Positions 1 to 13,994 of a DNA stretch of 64,000 nt are shown here, one piece after another. Source of the DNA: the human T2T-CHM13v2.0 reference genome, Homo sapiens; the NCBI RefSeq assembly GCF_009914755.1, contig NC_060932.1; one strand, written 5' to 3'. Numbering within the stretch: the stretch's first letter is position 1; each line of letters opens with the position of its first letter. Under the pieces are notes generated by a model that saw nothing but the letters and a program-made list of their open reading frames with translations, did not search any database and was not told the DNA's origin. The translations under genes and the position numbers were made by a program.

Positions 1-756
1 AATATATAGTCCTGTGCATAAAAGACACATTGCCCTGACTTGTGAGTGTTTCAGCAACAACACAAAATACTTTGCATTTTACTTAAGAAATATCAGCCTT
101 TAATTTGGCCGTGAGTAATTCTGATTTATTATAGACTCATTCAGCCAGTGACAGGATAGAAGAATAAACATTGCTTTAAGATATTTAGACAAGGGAAGTG
201 AGATTACCATAAATAAAGCCCTTTGCCCTTCTCTCTCAAAAATTTCAGAAACTTATCATAAATCTTCTGTGATATTCTAATCAGCCCCTAGATTCTGGAT
301 GCAATTGTTTTGTTTTGCTTTGTTTTGTTTCTTAACAGAGAACTCTCCCCTATCGTACTCAATGTGGGTAAGTGCTTCTTATAACCAACTTTAATTGAAG
401 CACATTTAATGAGATTTATAAAATTATGATTAGATGTCATTGGAGTAAACTGATTTAATCAGCCTCATAACTGTTCCTCATACACACAACTAAAGCAAAG
501 TGTGCAGTCTAGCACTAAAAACCTGTGCTTACTGGACACGCGAGAGAAAAACTGGTGTTAGTTCTAGTACCTTAGAAGCCTAAATAACAAGACAACTTTG
601 GTTTGGGTAAAAAATAAATATAAAGTTTTTGGGGAAAACTAGGATACTAAGACCTTTTAAATGTGTTTCATACCATCGAATTTCAACAATCCTCTCTTAA
701 AAAACCCGTCCACCAAGACAAAATCAAGAACATGGGATTCTTTTCTTTTCGGCTTT

Positions 757-1610
<854 letters not shown>

Positions 1611-3216
1611 TAAGGACAAAAGTTGTTTTTGGATTTTTGCTTTACCCTTACAGCTTAACGAAATGATTCCTAAATGAGTTATCTAGAATAAGAGTAGATG
1701 ACCAATTAATAGAGTTTTAAAGTTAACTTCTAGGAAGTAATTTATGGGCTCACCTGAGAGTGACTAGCTTTTTAGAAACATTAGACAAAAAGGTCTCAAG
1801 GCATTAAGTTCTAGCTTCTTCTTCCCCAAGATTTCCAACTGAATCTAGACCTTCATAACACTGTCATATTCTTAGGGTTTCGAATCACCAGACTTTTCCT
1901 TATTCCTGCCACTACTGTTTTTTCCATTTGTGAAGCTTCTAAAACCTTCAGAAAATCGGGCATCTATATTTCTCTGGCCCGGCTTTCTTATTTTTTATAC
2001 TATGGTTATTTTAAAATAAATATATTTGAGCAGACTTAGATCCTGGAATATTTAAATAACTAACTATAGCCATGTTAAATAGTGTTCCAACGCTATCGGT
2101 AGCCTAAAGGCAAACCAGCCATGGAATCTGATCTCAGTGAGACAAGACCAACACTAAATTCACCTCATCCAGTTAGTGATACCAGCAAATAGGCCTTTGA
2201 AGTTTTGCAACTTTATTACCTGAGTTCAATATCAAAGCTACTTTTTAAATTTCATGAAATGCCTGATATTTTAATTACATAAAATGAGTCTAATCCAACC
2301 CCTGGGAAGGATTTTGAAAAACAGTATGACTGATCCAAGCATAGATTTAAAGTCATAAATCTTAGTGTTCCATTCTTTGACTTGTTGGGCTTAATTGTAA
2401 AAGCAATACACAGCATTTATATTACTGGTGGCTCTCTTTGAAAAGATTGTTTCCTTATTTACTTCTAAAACGTTCCTTAAAATTTTTCTTGTGGTTATTT
2501 GTTTTGTTTTTATTTGCATGTTATAAGGTTTCACATGTTGCCTGCTTTTCGAGGTCATGGTTTTACCATGCACTGCATATAACGCTGAACTGGGTATTAG
2601 ACAATTCCTCAAATTAAGAATATCCTTAGAGCTCTTTGCTGAAAAAAAAATTCGCTTAAGTATTCTTTCCTAATTGCCCTAATTATAAAATTTTTTCTTA
2701 CAATATTTTAAATAAGAATATATCCACATACTCAAGCGTAATTTGTTGATTATGATGAAGACGACCTTAAACGTTAATGCTATTACGGATTTGGCACAGT
2801 TAGTGCCATGAGAACCCAGCCAGAGCCACATAGAGGCTTAAACTTCATCATGGAGACAAGCCATAAAAACCAGCAGTTGGCATCTGAGCTGGTGACTATA
2901 TAGAGTAGGTAAACTGATAAGAAATTCTACAAGAATAGATGGCGACAAGCGGACTAGGTCAACTCTTGAGTACTTTGGATCTTCGCAGAAGAGATCTAGA
3001 CAGAAAGTAACCCAGGCAGCAGAGTGGGAGCAAAGGGTACTTAGAGAAAGTGGGTGGTTGGCCATTGCTGTAAACACCGTGTGAGTGAGGCAGACACAGG
3101 AAGCTGAATTACAAGAAGGTATATTTCTAGATTCCTGCAGAGTGAAGGGTCCTGAATTTTCAACTTCTAGCCTTCTCAGCCCGCAAAATCTGACTCCAGT
3201 GCCTGAAACCATTTCT

Positions 3217-3520
3217 TGACCCTTCCTTCCTTCTCTCCTTACTTCCTTCCTCTCTCCCTCCCTTCCTTCTTTTCCTTTCTTTCTTCCTTTCCGCCTTCCT
3301 TCCTTCCTCCTTTACTTTCCTTTCTTCCTTCCTTCCTTCCCCCTTCCCTTCCTTCCTTCTCTCCCTCCCTCCCTTCCTTCCTCCCTCCTTTCTTCCTTTC
3401 CTCCTTCCTTCCCATTCCTTCCTTTCCTCCTTCCTTCTTTCAATTCTTCCTTCTTTCCCTTCCTCCCTCCTTCGTTCCTTCCTTCTTTCCTTCCTTCCTT
3501 TCCTCCTTATTTTCTTCCTC
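3217..3520. repeat. Degenerate (TTCC)n/(CCTT)n polypyrimidine tract
   Basis: ~300 bp almost entirely C/T on the + strand; source of the spurious K/E/R/G-rich and S/F/P-rich ORFs. Confidence 0.95.
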
Positions 3521-4329
3521 ATACATTATGACAATAAACTTCCACCACTTGTACTAACCTGAGGAGGCATTTTGCACTTCTTGAGATTATAAGCCCTAAA
3601 TGACCTCGTCTGCATTTTACAACCTTTAAGAAATGTGGGTTCAGAAAGGCATTTCACAGGCCTAAGGTCTTTCAAAATATTTTCCTGTCTATAGCAACTT
3701 GAGTTACAGCACGGCCTTAAAACCCAGAGATTAGACTTAATTTAAGGAGATTGCCTTTAAAAATTAAGCTCGTTTAGCACTGATACATGCTTTGCCAAAT
3801 ATCAGCATTCATATTAGATTTGCCGTCCCCAATATCAAACCAAACGTGTTCCTCTTCTAAAAATTAATCTGGCTTTAATAAACATAGTCATAGCACGGAA
3901 TTCTCTTAAAAGAAGGGTAGTTTCCAAGCAGGTTTCACTGAGAATCCAGAAAGTGACTCCAACCTCAGAGATGTCCTTAGACCACTGAGGGGTGAAAAGG
4001 AGTCTCCTATGGATTGGTCCAGAAGGCTCTCCTCTCTCTCACCTCTACTTTTCCTCCTCCAATTTCAGAGTGAGAAGTCAGGCTCTAGAATTTGGAGAAG
4101 ATGGAAAGATTGAAAGAAGGAACGAACATCCAAACTTTATGTTCTGTTTATTTCCTCATTTCTAATATCACCACCAAAATGTTAATGCAGCCAAACACTC
4201 CCATCAAAAATATTAACTTCACCTGGCTACTATTAAGTAATATATAGCTTGGAGAAGCTTTAGTTTCTCAAATGGATTTTAACTCTTATTGAGTGAAAGG
4301 GAAAATCAAGGTGTAGATAGCATATACAC

Positions 4330-4770
<441 letters not shown>

Positions 4771-6074
4771 GATTATAAATTAATAGATGATTTGAATGTT
4801 TTGTCGAAAATAATCTGTTAGAATATTTCTGAGTAATATTTTCATATAAAACATTTAATGGAAATTGTTTGCAGCATCATGAACATTTTAAAACGTGTTG
4901 AATGTTTCTACAGAAGTTCCAGTGTCATATTTCTGTTTCCTTTTCTCTGCCTAATATTGCAAAGCATTTTTCTTCATATCGGTAAATAAATTATCAATAT
5001 TTCTGTACAAGAAATAATAATTTTCTTAACCAACATGAAAATGGCTGAGCAGAACTTAAAAATATTAGAGAGCTCCTGACAATTTTGAATTACATGAAAT
5101 TGATGTCATTCAACATTTTTGGACTTAATAAAAAGGAAATTTTACAGGGTTAAAGCAAATAATTTAGAAAATTCTCAAATATTATTTTAACAGTTAAATA
5201 GATATGTACTACAGAGCAAAAATATATCCCGTAAAATGCATTTTTTCTTGTTTTCTTTACAGCATTATATTAATATAGAACAAGCAAATTCTTCTATTTT
5301 ATATGTATTACTTGTTCTCTGATCCCAAACATAAAGAATCCCAGGTAATATCATAAATATGCTTGAAAAGGCGCTAACATGAAAATACACACCTTGAAAA
5401 CCTTTTTCTAGCAACATTTAAATTTTTTCTAGGCGTAATATTATCCATAGCATCAGGTTATTTCTTTTTCTTTTGAAATGTCAATGTAAGTGTTGGCTGT
5501 GTAGAAATATTTTTGGTTGTTACATGCTTGTAGCATTTCAAAGAAAACAGCACCACATCTATCTGTAGAAATGTGAATTTTAAAAACTCATACATAGATA
5601 GAAATGTGTGCTAATATTCCCATCTTTACTCAAGTATACATTTAGAACTGTTAAATGAAAGATGAGGATGCCAATCCACTGCTATTTTATAAACCGATAA
5701 ACTTCATAGTTCAACACAGCACAGCGTTTTTGCCAGCCTGTCACAGCTTCTTTCTGGCAGCCATCAAATGGCGGTAAACCCCATGTAGCCGACAGTCTGT
5801 GGGTGTAAAGTGCTTTAAAGCAGTACAGTACAATCACGCAAACGTTATGCTCATTTCTAAAATGTCTTTTGACATCACGGTCCTCTTGGTTTCAGAATAT
5901 GTTAGTGATTATTAGCCACCCTTCATCTCTGGGAAACATCAGCTCTGGAAGGCACAGAAGCCTTAACAACTTTGTGCGGGCTCCCATGCCACTGGGAACC
6001 CAAGCCTCCCTCATCATCACACAATGGTTTCCAGCACCTGCCAACTCTGTTCCCAAGCCACCCAGGCAGGAGGG

Positions 6075-6350
6075 TGATGGGGACAATTCTCCAGGGGTCT
6101 CTCATGCATCTGGTTAGCTGAGATACCAAACTGACTTTTTGGCCTGAACTATTTCTTCCAAGCATGTAGCAAACAGCCTTGGAAGAGAGAGGTGGATGGA
6201 TATGCACCCTCCTATCTAGCACAGAGACTCGTGCATCTCCTTAGCTAAGGTACCAAACTGACCTTTTGGCCTGAATTATTTCTTCCAAGCAGGTAGCAAA
6301 CAGCCTCAGAAGAGAGAGGTGGATATGTACCTCCTATCTAGCACAGAGAC
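6075..6350 (+). repeat. Old LTR-like fragment containing a diverged ~127-bp tandem duplication
   Basis: Copies ~6101-6227 and ~6228-6350 share ttagct..taccaaactgac..tttggcctgaa.tatttcttccaagca.gtagcaaacagcct..gaagagagaggtggat..cctcctatctagcacagagac. LTR origin is from recalled similarity; family uncertain. Confidence 0.65.
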
Positions 6351-6579
6351 ATTTCCTTTTATCACCTTAATAGGTATTTTCTAAATGTATTTATCATCTG
6401 CACATGATGATGATGCATTTAGATGAGGTGGGGATGGGACCTTTGTTTGACTTTGTAAACCTGCTTACGGGAATCCCGTCGAATCACAGCTGAAAGCGGG
6501 ACGGGCACTTTACGCTAGTTCCACATGGGTAACCCTGTGGATGAGCATAAAAGGACCATCTTCAGTGCTGACTCCATCA

Positions 6580-6725
6580 TGGAGCAACCGAGCAACCTTG
6601 GGAAAGGTACTCAAGCTCCCATGTATACTCTGGGCATGATAGCAGTACTTCATAGGTTTGTTATAAGAGCTCAGAGATTTAACTCGTGTAAAATGATTAA
6701 AACAGTGCCTGGTGCTCATAGACAT
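6580..6725 (+). mobile_element. MIR fragment
   Basis: accttgggaaaggtact...gatttaactcgtgtaaaatgattaaaacagtgcctggtgc resembles the MIR core and 3' end. Confidence 0.65.
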
Positions 6726-6782
6726 AACCTTAGTTTTTCTACATTGAGTTATTTATATTTATAGGTCGTATAAACCTAGTGC

Positions 6783-7375
6783 TAGATATGACCTAGTACT
6801 GCAGGATTATACGTACACAGAGTACTATAGTGCATATAGTATATGGAAACCTACAGTACAAGGTCACTATGGTGATATATATATAGTATATATAGTGATA
6901 TACATATAGTGATATATACAGATTATATAGTACCATAGGTCACTATAGCGATAGGTTTCTATGACCTATAAATACTAGATATGACCTAGTACTGTGGGAT
7001 TATATGTATATATAGTACTATAATGCATATAGTACATGTAAACCTACAGTACTAGGTCACTATGGTGATATATATATAGTACATATATATAGTGATATAC
7101 ATATAGCGATATATACAGATTATATAGTACCATAGGTCACTATAGCGATAGGTTTCTATGACCTATAAATACTAGATATGACCTAGTACTGTAGGATTAT
7201 ATGTACATATAGTACTATAGCGAATATAGTACATGTAAACCTACAGTACTAGGTCACTATGGTGATATATATAGTATATAAAGTGATATACATATAACGA
7301 TATATACAGATTATATAGTACCATAGGTCACTATAGCGATAGGTTTCTATGACCTATAAATACTAGATATGACTA
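6783..7375. repeat. AT-rich tandem repeat, 3 copies of ~191-197 bp, each with internal inverted repeats
   Basis: Unit start tagatatgac at 6783, 6976, 7173 and 7364 (partial). Confidence 0.95.
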
Positions 7376-7612
7376 GATGGAACTGGTGATATAAACCTAT
7401 CACTAGATATGAGTATCAAGCTAGTATTGCTCTGGTTTGCTTTCCCTTTTTTATGATGTATATAAATTGCATTTAATCATGTAAAGTCCTCATGGTGCCC
7501 AGCATAGAGTAGGTCCACATAAATAAATTGTTAATGACTGCTTTGCTTCACTGACTAGTAGTAGTTTTAGCTAAAGAAACAATACCCACATATTGTGATT
7601 AGAACTTAGGGG

Positions 7613-8387
7613 TTTTTTTCATGCAAAAATCACACATTTATTAAACATATTATTAACTGAAAAACAACATACCAGTTTATTTTCAAGTGCTCTTCATCCA
7701 ACACCTTGGACAAAACCGTCAGCTCAAAGTGAATTCAAAAAACAGATTATAAGGCAAACAGTGACAAGAGGTATGGACAGGCACTACCAAAAAAATGCAA
7801 TTTGTTCTCTAATTAAATAATGTCATTCTCAAGTGATATAGAGCTGTCATCTTGACAGAATTCCTTTTTTGTATAAATATTCATAAATAAAAATGTCTCC
7901 ACATATTGGAAAGAGCTGCAAACACTCTACAACAGCAGCTTAATGTCTACTTCAGGGGAAAAAAAAGCACTAAAATCCTCTTCCATTGAAAGCTGTTTAT
8001 TTCTCTGGTGTACCACAGCTAAAGATGAGTTATGATAGCAGCTTGATGTTGATTATGTTATATTCTTTTAATCAAAAAGGAAACACTTATAATATTCTAA
8101 GTATCTGTAGCCCAAATACCATGTCATAGTGAGCATTTGTAAATAACCAGACTGTACTGTCCTTCATATGTGAAGCTGACACTACTGATGTGTCAATCAA
8201 TGCCAAATGTTGGGTAAAGCATTTAATTTTTATTTATTTATTTTCTTGTTGCATGAAAAGGTGATTGCATTCTAACTTTTGTGACCTACCACATTTAAGA
8301 TGTGTATACGTTGTTCTTTACTTTGTCCCAGAAAAGACATTTTAATCCTGTAGTGACTTTGCTCACTTACACCAGAGAAATAAACAA
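7613..8387 (-). pseudogene. Processed-pseudogene fragment, 3'UTR only, probably from GCC2/RGPD mRNA, with an inverted 5' part (8013-8387 on +)
   Basis: Minus-strand AATAAA (plus tttatt 7637-7642) lies ~20 nt before a short A-tract remnant (T-run 7613-7619). Perfect 19-bp inverted duplication at 7994-8012 / 8368-8386. Both segments match my recollection of the GCC2/RGPD 3'UTR; not verified by search. Confidence 0.68.
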
Positions 8388-9699
8388 TTTAGTTTTTCAC
8401 TGGAAGGCTAGCTTAATGGTTTTGTTTTCTCCTAAATACACAGTATATGATACACATCTTTCATCATTTTGTCAGACTGTTAAACCCAGTCCGTTAATAC
8501 CAATAGCCCTCACTTCTTTCATCATGTCATTAGCATGAATCGTGTCTTCGATGATCCAAATCCAGTCTCAGTAAATAACTGAAATGAAAAAAAAAAGGGA
8601 CCTCAAACATCTGCCTCGGAGATCTGCACCACTGCAAGAAGGCGGCAAATGGAAGCATAATTCCTTATTATAACCTTCATTTTACTAAAAACCTGAGGGT
8701 GAAACGAACTAATTGTATTTACCATTTGCATTTACTATTTATCAAAGCTGAAGTATTTATCTCTTGAGATTCAGTGTACTGATCTACATATTACTGCAAT
8801 TGCTAAAGAAACTTAAAAACTGTTTCATACCATCATATCATACAAAGGAATGAGCCCTGGGGAAATACATACTTGGACATTTAATGGTAACCAAATTTTT
8901 CTGGCTAAGAGGTAAAGTTTTATGCTTACTCTGCCAGATTTTTTCCATTTAAATTAAGTGAACAAAAACAATCCCCCGAATAAAAATTAAATCGGTTTTC
9001 CAGCCCTTGAATACCAAGGAATTTTAACAAAACAGCCACATCTCTTTTTTACAAACTTTAAAGAACGACGGGAGGAAATGCTTACTTGAAAGTTTCAGAT
9101 GATGCTTAGAAAATGTTAACATGGATTTCCATTTTATTATAAACGTTACATTTATTTCCTCATGTTACTGAACATATCATAGTTGGTATCAAAAGAGTAC
9201 TCACGATGCAAATTGACTTTTTGCTGTTTAACAACCATTTAATGGAACCTGCAATAACTTCTTTACAATGAGAAGCAATTTTGTTAATTGTTGTCATTGT
9301 AACTTCTTTAAAGCAATTGTACATCTAGATATGTATTTTAAAACAAAAAAAAATAGGTATAAGTGAAGCTACCTTAAGCCCTGTCATATGTTTTACATAG
9401 GCACAAAACCGTTCTATTGATTGATACATTTACCTGTGAACTGCAAGAGGCCCCTTATTCCTGATTTTTCCATAAGATTTTAGAGAAAATTAGGCCTTGT
9501 CCTTAAAGCCACTGGTCTATTACCTACGGTGACCCCATCACCTACTTAATACTTCTCAGAATAAACCACATGCAATGTTAAAGTGGCACCTGTTTCCTGC
9601 TTGTGTTCTCAGTTTTATAATGCATCAGATTTAAAAATCATGAGAGCTAGTAAGTTCCTAGAAGCAATATATCCTAGAAATTAGGAAGACAGATTCTCT

Positions 9700-9880
9700 T
9701 CTCCGATTTTCTGGACTTTGCTACTTACTGTATCCATGACCTTCACCAAATTACTCAACTCCTGCCTTCTTTTGGTTTTCCTCTATACAATATGGTGATA
9801 ATGAAATTACATACCTCATAATAATTAAGTAAATTAACTTGTGTAAAGCTATTGGAAGCAAGAGTGGAAGACAGTAGGGG
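9700..9880 (+). mobile_element. MIR fragment
   Basis: ctacttactgtatccatgaccttcaccaaattactcaac...tacctcata...tgtaaagct matches the MIR core. Confidence 0.6.
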
Positions 9881-10888
9881 GTATAGGATTAGTTTTAAGC
9901 TAGTAATTACCAATATGGTGTGTAGCCCTACTTATGCACACAGGGACTCACACACGATGTGGGTGGGGCTCCAAGTCTGCCTCTTTATCATACCTGACTT
10001 TTACTTTTGGAGAAAGGAGCTCAAAATAAAGAGAAGTTTGTGAATTTTCTTCTACCGCCATGGAACTCTCAGGAGTTTTTCTGCAGAGGAGTGTCCTCTT
10101 TTGATTGCTATGCTCACAAAGTCAGTCTGGCTGTTGTTTGGAGACACAAGGGAAGCGGAGGTGAGGCAGCGGGGGTTTCAGGCGCTCAGGTGGTGACCTG
10201 GGTGGTGCAGAAGTGAAGCCACGTGGACGCATGTGTTTCAGAGGCAGGGCTTGGTGAGGGAATGAGTGTGAGAGCAAGAAAGGAGCTAAGGGTTACAGGA
10301 GATACCTGTACGCCTCCTCCGGTTCCTTCCACCCTACAGTGTGTAGCTGGGAATGTCCTAAGGCTCCAAACCAGGCTTCTGCCCACCTTCTTCACCTCTG
10401 CTTCTTTTTATTCCCTTCCGTGGACATTTCAGAGCTAACAGTGCGCTCAAATCATGTCTCCTGATCCTCGCCCCCACGGATCATGAAACCAGGTGAATAC
10501 TGAACTATCTCTATGTACAGGCTGCTGGAATGGACAGAGCCTTGAATTCTCCCTCCACCACGGTACAGTGTACCCCCAGGCAGGCCTTGGCAGCGTTACA
10601 CAATTGCTGCCTTTTCCTGATGCCCAAAGCACCGGTGTCTAATCAAATCATTTCCAGGCAGCCTTCCCCGCAGCAGCTGAAGACTTCCAACACTTCCCTA
10701 GAGGTTTCTGTGATGCCCAGCCACATCTGTGTGCTCACATATGGCAAATTCTTTGATACCTCAAGTTATTTTCTTTGTATTAAACCACTAAGATAAGGAA
10801 CATAATATCTTCTTCCTAGGATTGCTATTCTAATTGAATCACGTAGCTTAGATAAATGTCTAGAGTGACTCTTCAAAGAGCCGCTCTG

Positions 10889-11190
10889 GGCCAGGCGCAG
10901 TGGCTGATGCCGGCACTTTGGGAGGCCGAGGCGGGTGAATCATGAAGTCAGGAGTTTGAGACCAGCCTGGCCAACATGGTGAAACCCTGTCTCTTCTAAA
11001 AATACAAAAATTAGCTGGGTGTGGTGGCGGGTGCCTGTAATCCCAGCTAGTCAGGAGACTGAGGCAGGAGAATCACTTGAACCCAGGAGGGGGAGGTTGC
11101 AGTGGACCAAGATCCAGATCACACCACTGCACTTCAGCCCAGGCAACAGTATAAGACTCCCTCTCAAAAAAAAAAAAAAAAAAAAAAAAA
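10889..11190 (+). mobile_element. AluS with a ~10-bp deletion in the left arm
   Basis: Alu consensus lacking tgtaatccca; pure A tail; TSD aagagccgctctg / aagagttgctctg. Confidence 0.92.
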
Positions 11191-12299
11191 GAGTTGCTCT
11201 GATTTTCCTCCTATTTTGCCAGGCCAAGTTCTCGCCCCAGCCATCTCTTCTGTAGAAATTGGTCCCAGACGATTCCCGTGTTCCTTCATCTACATCCGTT
11301 ATTCTTTTCCGCTGCTGTTTGCATCCGGCCTTCTGTTTCATGTCCTGTGCATATCTTCAGGCTCTAAGGGCAGGAGATATCACTTACCAGTCTCACACCA
11401 GTAGTTACAAGCCTGATGCCCCATTCAGAGCACACGCTCCAGGACGCTCAGTGAGGGGTTGCGAGTACACAGCTCCTGCCTGTACCAATAATGTCTCTGC
11501 CTCGCTGTGCCCATGGAACTCACCATCTCACATGCTGTCCTGATGGAATCCAGGGCACTTTGTTTGCTCCCGTCTTTTCGAAACTCTCTGCTTCTCCCTT
11601 CCTTTATCCCCAACCAACGACTTAAAACCTACATTGTGTTTCTTTTCCTCATAATTTTCACATAGTTGGCTCTTTATTTCAGGGTTATGTAATGCCAATC
11701 CCTTTTTTGGCAGATATAAACTACTTGCATGGACATTCTAGAGACCAGCTTGCAATGCAGAGGAAAACACTTGAGTGTGTCTAATTCCTCAACCCAGCTA
11801 TGTGTGGCCTTTACACAGAAATATGGCTCATAGGGACATAAAAAGTAGTTTCTGTTTATGCCGTGAAGGCATTCTGTTCTGGATGTATTCACAAACACCT
11901 CAACTTGACGGTGATAGACTGAAGGTTCTTGTTCATTTTGTCAATCTGTGAAGTAACAGGCACATGTGCGAGAAATCCTTAAAGAAATCTAAGGGTAACA
12001 CATCATTGCTTACAATAAAATTTCACTGAGATGATGTATCTGTGATACCCAAAGAGCTGAATTATTTTCAGGTAAAACAATTTCTATTTAGCTTTAAAGG
12101 TAATGAAAGTACCCATGTCAGTCAGGACACTGACCTAAAATCAAATAGGTCAGTATAAATATTCGCGACCAACAAGACCGATCTTGTAGGAAACTGGGAG
12201 ATGTTATTTTAATTAATTTTACAAATTACCAAATTATATTAAATACATTTTGAAAAAAAGTGTCCGATACATCATATTCTGTCGTAGCCAAATAAAACG

Positions 12300-13900
12300 G
12301 AGGTAAGAAGACATTATGTTACTGGCAAAAAAGTAGACAAATGTGTCAATGGAACAGAATACAGAGCCCAGAAATAAACCCACATAAATCTAGTCAATGA
12401 ACTTCGAGCAGAAGAGCAAACACAACCCAAGAGAGTAAAGATAATCTTTTCAATAAATGGTGCTGGAAAAACTGGATATCTACATTCTAAAAAATAATCC
12501 AGACACAGACCTTTTGCCCTTCAGAAAAATTAATCCATTATGTATCACACACCCACATATAAAGTTCAAAAATATAAACTCCTAGAAGATAACATAGGAG
12601 AAAATTGTGGTGCCCTTGGGTTTGGTAATGACTTTGTAGATACAAAAACAGAGGCAGGATGCATTTTAAAAAGAACAGATATGTTGAACTTCATTAAAAT
12701 TAAAGTCCTCAGCTCTGCAGAAGACACTATTAAGAAAATGAAAAGACCAGCCACAGACTAGGAAAAAAGGGTTTGCAAAAGACATATGGGATAAAGAACT
12801 GGTATCTAAACTATATAAAGAACTCTTAAAAAAAAAAAAGGAAGTTAACAACCTGGCTAAAAATGGGCAAAAGGCCTGAACAGACACCTCATGAAAAAAG
12901 ACAAACAGATGGCAACTGAGCATATGAAAAGATGCTGCACATCATGCATCATCAGAGTATTGCTAATTAAAGCAATAATAAGATACTACTGCACATCTAT
13001 GAGAATGGCCAAAATCCAGACACTGATAGCACCAGATGCTCGCGACAACGTGGGGCAACAGGAACTCTCACTCATTGCTGGTGGGAATGCAAAATCCTGC
13101 AGTCTTCTTTGAAGATAGTCTGATGGTTTCTTAAAAAACTAAAAATACTCTTACCATTCACTCTATCAATCTCAACCTTCGGTATTTACTCAAATATGTT
13201 AAAAACTTATGTCTGTATAAAAACCTTGCACACAGATGTTTATAGCAGCTTTATTCACAATTGTAAAACTTGGAAGCAACCCAGATGTTGTCTGTACGTA
13301 AACGGGTAAATAAGCCATGGTCCATACAGACAATGGAATATTGTTCAGTACTAAAAAGAAATGAGAGCTAGAGCCATGCAAAATCATGGAGGAAACTTAA
13401 ACGCTTATTACTAAGTGAAAGAAGCCAATCTGAAAGGCTAGGTGCCAGATGATTCCCAATATATGACATTCTAGTAAAGGTAAAACTATGGAGATGAAAG
13501 ATCAAGGTCAGTGTTTGTCAGGAGTTGGATGCAGGAAGGCGTGAATGGGTGGAGCACAGGAGACTTTAAGGGCCACAAAAGTCACTTTAGGCGTGAATGG
13601 GTGGGCACAGGAGACTTTAAGTGTGATACTATCATGGTGGATCCCTGTCATTACACATTTGTCCAAGCCCACAGACGGTGCAACACCAAAAATGAGCTCT
13701 CATGTGAACGCTGGGCTCTGGGTGATGATGGTATGTCAATGTAGGTGCATCCATTGTAACATGCACCCCACTCTGGTGTGAGGTGTTGATAGTGGGGAGG
13801 TATGCACATGTTGCAGACGGTGTGTTTTATGGGAAATCTCTGTGTCTTCCATTCAATTTTGCTGTGAACCTAAAACTACTCTCGAGAACAACGTCTGTCA
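12300..13900 (+). mobile_element. Old L1 (L1MC-like), ORF2 3' part and 3'UTR
   Basis: Degenerate ORF2 remnants (YKLLEDNIGE, MLNFIKIK, HMKRC) and an L1MC-type 3' end (caattttgctgtgaacctaaaactactct). Confidence 0.85.
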
Positions 13901-13994
13901 AACAAAGAAACGAAAGCTCTGAAAATAAAAATTACATTTTATAAAGTGACCTTGTCATTTAGCAAGTCTTTCTCAGATACTATACAAATTTAAA

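Noticed and set aside
3160-3557. K/E/R/G-rich and S/F/P/L-rich ORFs
   Set aside because: Translations of the (TTCC)n tract.
7600-8400. Target-site duplication for the putative retrocopy (ttaggggtttttttc vs tttagtttttc)
   Set aside because: Too degenerate and T-rich to call confidently, so it was not used as evidence.
8626-8650. CTCF-like motif (cactgcaagaaggcggca)
   Set aside because: Several mismatches to the CCASYAGRKGGCRS core; not supportable without ChIP data.
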